The position numbers were made by a program, and so were the translations under genes. The notes beneath the pieces are model-generated. The model was given only the letters and a program-made list of their open reading frames with translations, searched no databases and had not been told where the DNA came from. This document shows positions 14,400 through 17,509 of a stretch of 17,509 nt of DNA, piece after piece; positions within the stretch are counted from its first letter, which is position 1; every line of letters starts with the position of its first letter. The stretch is taken from NCBI GenBank assembly GCA_041288045.1, contig JBGGMM010000121.1:1-17509 (forward strand), written 5' to 3'. This DNA is from Pseudobdellovibrionaceae bacterium. GTDB taxonomy: Bacteria > Bdellovibrionota > Bdellovibrionia > Bdellovibrionales > Bdellovibrionaceae.

Positions 14400-15341
14400 A
14401 TGAAATTACTCTTTTTTTGCGGCATGTTTTCATTGCATTTCTTGATCTCTTCAACAGCTTCTGCACAAGAAATGATGGGGGATTTCCTGAATCCTCAGCC
14501 GCCTTCTTGGTTGCTTCGAATCACTGGTGAAAGCGCTGAACCCTTCAGTCAGCAGAAAGCCTTTGTGGCTGCGCCTGTGAACACCAATGCAACAGATCCA
14601 GCCCAGGTTTTCTGGAAATGGTCACAGCTCAATTTAGAGCCGGATCAAAGACTCAATAATGGTCAAAAGCTTCCGCAGCATCTTTACAGCTCAGAATACG
14701 GCGTGGGCTATAAACACGTCGCAGATGAAAGCCTTTTTTGGGGAATCAGTGCTTCGCTAGGCTCAACAGGGGATGAAGTTTTCAGCTCCAGAGCAAAGAC
14801 CGTGGTCAGCGGGACTTATTTTTATTCTCAGTCCAAGGATCCCACTTCTCGTTGGCTTTGGCTTTTGAACTATTCCAACAATCGAACTTTCGCCAATGAA
14901 ATCCCGATCCCCGGTGTCGCCTATATTTACCGCCCCTCGGCGGATTTTACAGGGGTGTTTGGCTTTCCCTTTGCTTTTATTCGCATGAAACTCAACGAAG
15001 ATTGGACTGGGCAGTTTTTCCTGGGACCTTTTGTCTACAAAGCTGAATTCATTCGCACTTTATCAGGTCCCCTTCGATTTTTCGCACTGGCTGATCACAG
15101 CCTTCAGTCTTTTTACCGTGTCGATCGGCCTCGGGATGAAGATCGGGTTTTTTATGGCGAATCACGGGCCTTGATCGGCTTTCGCTCACCACTTCAGCGC
15201 TATTTAATGGCTGAAGTTTTTGCCGGAGCGGCTTACAGTCGAACCGCTCTTGAAGAAGAAGATTATTGGCGGCACTCTCAGGACGCAGTGTCACTTGAGA
15301 ATCATTGGTTGGTTGGCGGGCAACTTTCGCTTCGATATTGA
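14400..15341 (+). CDS. Putative outer-membrane beta-barrel protein
   Basis: Signal peptide (ASA), many amphipathic aromatic strands (EYGVGYKH, WGISASLGS, IPIPGVAYIYRPS) and C-terminal GGQLSLRY. Confidence 0.75.
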   Translation: MKLLFFCGMFSLHFLISSTASAQEMMGDFLNPQPPSWLLRITGESAEPFSQQKAFVAAPVNTNATDPAQVFWKWSQLNLEPDQRLNNGQKLPQHLYSSEYGVGYKHVADESLFWGISASLGSTGDEVFSSRAKTVVSGTYFYSQSKDPTSRWLWLLNYSNNRTFANEIPIPGVAYIYRPSADFTGVFGFPFAFIRMKLNEDWTGQFFLGPFVYKAEFIRTLSGPLRFFALADHSLQSFYRVDRPRDEDRVFYGESRALIGFRSPLQRYLMAEVFAGAAYSRTALEEEDYWRHSQDAVSLENHWLVGGQLSLRY

Positions 15342-15394
15342 AGTCATCTCTCAATTGGCGTATTCAGAAGTCGCAATCGAAAAAGGATGGTTTC

Positions 15395-16111
15395 ATGTCT
15401 TCAACACGAACAATGTACAAAATGAGAGTGGCACAAATCATCGATCACACTCCCACAGTCCGCGAACTGGTGATGCAAACCCAGGAACCTCAGGAGTTTT
15501 CTTTTCGGGCCGGCCAATTTGTCACTTTGCATGTCCCGCATGAGCCGAAACCAGCCATGCGCGCTTACTCTCTGTCTTCAGATGATCGATTGAAAAACGG
15601 TTTCCGATTGCTTTTTAAATTTGTCGAAGACGGAGTGGCCTCCAAATATGTCTGGTCGCTGAAAGGCGATGAAATTTTAAATTTCACTGGCCCCTTTGGC
15701 CGCGTGTTTTTCAAGGAGCCCCCCACCGAGCAAATTGTTTTTCTGAACACCGGAACAGGTCTTTCTCAGCACTATTGCTATTTGATGTCCAAAAAAGAAA
15801 TCTTTCCCAATCTTAAATACCGCATGCTTTTTGGAGTTCGAAACGAAAAGGAAATGTACTACCAACCTCAGCTCGAGCAATTGCAAAAGGAACTTCCGGA
15901 TTTTAAATTTGAATTCGTTCTGAGCCGGCCCAGCGAATCCTGGACCGGAAAAAAAGGTTACATTCAACATTTCATCAAAGAGTTCGATTATCTGAAAACA
16001 CCCACCACTTTTTACCTCTGTGGCAATGGCGGAATGATCAAAGAAGTGAAAGTCCAGCTTGAGCAAGAGGGCTTTGATAAAACCCGTATTTTTGCTGAAG
16101 CCTTCGACTGA
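15395..16111 (+). CDS. FAD/NAD(P)-binding oxidoreductase (ferredoxin-NADP reductase family)
   Basis: FRAGQFVTL, RAYSLSS, GVASKY, GPFG, TGTGLS, FYLCGNGGMI and terminal EAFD. ATG 15395 follows AAGGA. Confidence 0.92.
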   Translation: MSSTRTMYKMRVAQIIDHTPTVRELVMQTQEPQEFSFRAGQFVTLHVPHEPKPAMRAYSLSSDDRLKNGFRLLFKFVEDGVASKYVWSLKGDEILNFTGPFGRVFFKEPPTEQIVFLNTGTGLSQHYCYLMSKKEIFPNLKYRMLFGVRNEKEMYYQPQLEQLQKELPDFKFEFVLSRPSESWTGKKGYIQHFIKEFDYLKTPTTFYLCGNGGMIKEVKVQLEQEGFDKTRIFAEAFD

Positions 16112-16113
16112 AG

Positions 16114-17019
16114 TTGAAAAATTTGACGTCGACGCCCGCAGAAAGATCTCGCGCTCTGATTGAACTGATCTTTGCTGGCGTGCTTTGGGGTTTTGGCTTT
16201 ATTGGCACTGTTTGGTGCCTGCAGTTTCTCAGTCCGGCCGCCATTTTGTCTTACCGATTTGGAATGGCTTTTTTGGCAAGCCTGATCATTCTCATTTTCA
16301 GAAAAGTTCCTTTGGCCATTTTGAAAAATGAGCTTCGACTGGCTTTTGTTCCGGCTTTGATTTTATGGCTGTGTTTGATGACTCAAACTTTTGGTTTGAA
16401 ATACACAACGGCCACCAATTCGACTTTCATCACCACTTTGTATGTGGTGATTGTGCCTTTGCTTCATTCGCTTTCAGGACAAGAGAAACTTCATTGGCTG
16501 CATTGGTTTTGTGTGTTTCTTGCTCTCTTAGGCACTGGTTTTATCGTCCAAGTTCAAGATCTCTCAGAACTGAATTGGGGAGATCTTCTGACTTTGATTT
16601 GCGCTCTGTTTGCAGCTCTTCACATTTTGCTGATTGGACAACGAGCTTTGAACACTCAAAATGATTTTGCTCTCAATGCCTTTCAAGCTTTCTGGATTTG
16701 CCTTTTTTCTCTTTTGTTTTTTCCATTCTCTGAAAAATGGGATCTCAGTGTCCTGAATGACAAAGGCTGGATCGGTCTTTTGGTTTTGGGCTTTGGCTCT
16801 TCTTTGATTGCTTTCTATCTACAAGTCCGATCTCAAAAAATTCTTTCTCCTTCTGTGGTCAGCCTGCTGTTTTTGCTCGAATCTCCTGCCGCTTGTCTGT
16901 TCGCTTACTGGCTTTTGAATGAGCAGCTCTCCAGCTGGCAGTGGTTGGGAGCCGGATTGATCCTTGTTGCCTGTGGATTGATCAGCCTGAAAACCGAAGC
17001 CGTCGAGCATTCGGTTTAA
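16114..17019 (+). CDS. DMT/EamA family transporter
   Basis: About 10 TM helices, LWGFGF, YRF, GLKYTTATNSTFITTLYVVIVP, GDLLTLICA, LLESP and LLNEQLS. Confidence 0.93.
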   Translation: MKNLTSTPAERSRALIELIFAGVLWGFGFIGTVWCLQFLSPAAILSYRFGMAFLASLIILIFRKVPLAILKNELRLAFVPALILWLCLMTQTFGLKYTTATNSTFITTLYVVIVPLLHSLSGQEKLHWLHWFCVFLALLGTGFIVQVQDLSELNWGDLLTLICALFAALHILLIGQRALNTQNDFALNAFQAFWICLFSLLFFPFSEKWDLSVLNDKGWIGLLVLGFGSSLIAFYLQVRSQKILSPSVVSLLFLLESPAACLFAYWLLNEQLSSWQWLGAGLILVACGLISLKTEAVEHSV

Positions 17020-17023
17020 ATAA

Positions 17024-17509
17024 TTAAGCGATCGGAGTTTTTCGCCGCTCAGACCTTTGCGCATTGAGCGACGATTCAGCTCCGCCTGTGGTCGAAGAAC
17101 GCACCCCCGAAGGAGCCTGCTTGAGAATTTTCTTTAAAAATTTTCCTGTTTCGCTGTCAGGGACTTTGGCCACTTCTTCAGGTGTGCCAGTGGCAACGAT
17201 CAGTCCGCCGGCTTTCCCCCCGTCTGGCCCTAGATCGACGATATGATCTGCACACTTGATGACATCCAGATTGTGCTCAATCACCAGCACCGTATTGCCC
17301 TGATCGGCCAATTCTTGCAAAAGCTCGACAAGCTTTTTGATGTCTTCAAAATGCAAACCTGTGGTGGGTTCATCCAAAATGTAGAGAGTTTTCCCAGTTC
17401 CTCTTTTTGAAAGCTCTTTACTGAGCTTCACTCGTTGAGCCTCTCCACCGGAAAGTGTGGTGGAGCTTTGACCAAGAGTCATATAATCCAACCCGACCCG
17501 ATGCAAAGT
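17024..17509 (-). CDS. uvrA: Excinuclease ABC subunit UvrA, C-terminal part
   Basis: [64 protein letters not shown] and GTPEEVA. The 5' part lies outside the window. Confidence 0.97.
   Translation of the reverse strand, partial: TLHRVGLDYMTLGQSSTTLSGGEAQRVKLSKELSKRGTGKTLYILDEPTTGLHFEDIKKLVELLQELADQGNTVLVIEHNLDVIKCADHIVDLGPDGGKAGGLIVATGTPEEVAKVPDSETGKFLKKILKQAPSGVRSSTTGGAESSLNAQRSERRKTPIA

Noticed and set aside
15305..15394. N-terminal extension of the reductase
   Set aside because: It overlaps the upstream gene, and family similarity begins after ATG 15395.
616..17246. Many other 60-160 aa ORFs in the track, nested in or antisense to confident genes (e.g. 3256-3648, 9119-9604, 13406-13861, 15677-16066)
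   Set aside because: They are shadow frames with no motifs or initiation signals.

Overview
A 17.5-kb, gene-dense chromosomal segment of moderate GC content, most likely from a Bdellovibrionota (Bdellovibrio-like) bacterium; this is inferred from the protein families and promoter style. Housekeeping genes are ndh, thpR, an RluA-family synthase, rlmE, a DUF475/TerC-like protein, an FNR-family reductase, a DMT transporter and the 3' end of uvrA. They are interleaved with secreted or outer-membrane proteins and signalling genes: a partial 7TMR-DISM sensor, a pseudo-receiver protein and a DgcC-like diguanylate cyclase. No tRNA, rRNA, CRISPR array or transposase was seen. The main points of interest are: (1) a sigma54-type operon pairing a short, toxin-less DUF6531/YD-repeat protein with a subtilase that has no propeptide; (2) back-to-back sigma54 promoters driving DUF1328/DUF883-type stress genes; (3) a structured non-coding stretch at about 5930-6150, a candidate sRNA; (4) several promoters whose predicted start falls on or next to the ATG (leaderless mRNAs); (5) two probable genes missing from the ORF track (1-362 and 13141-13320).
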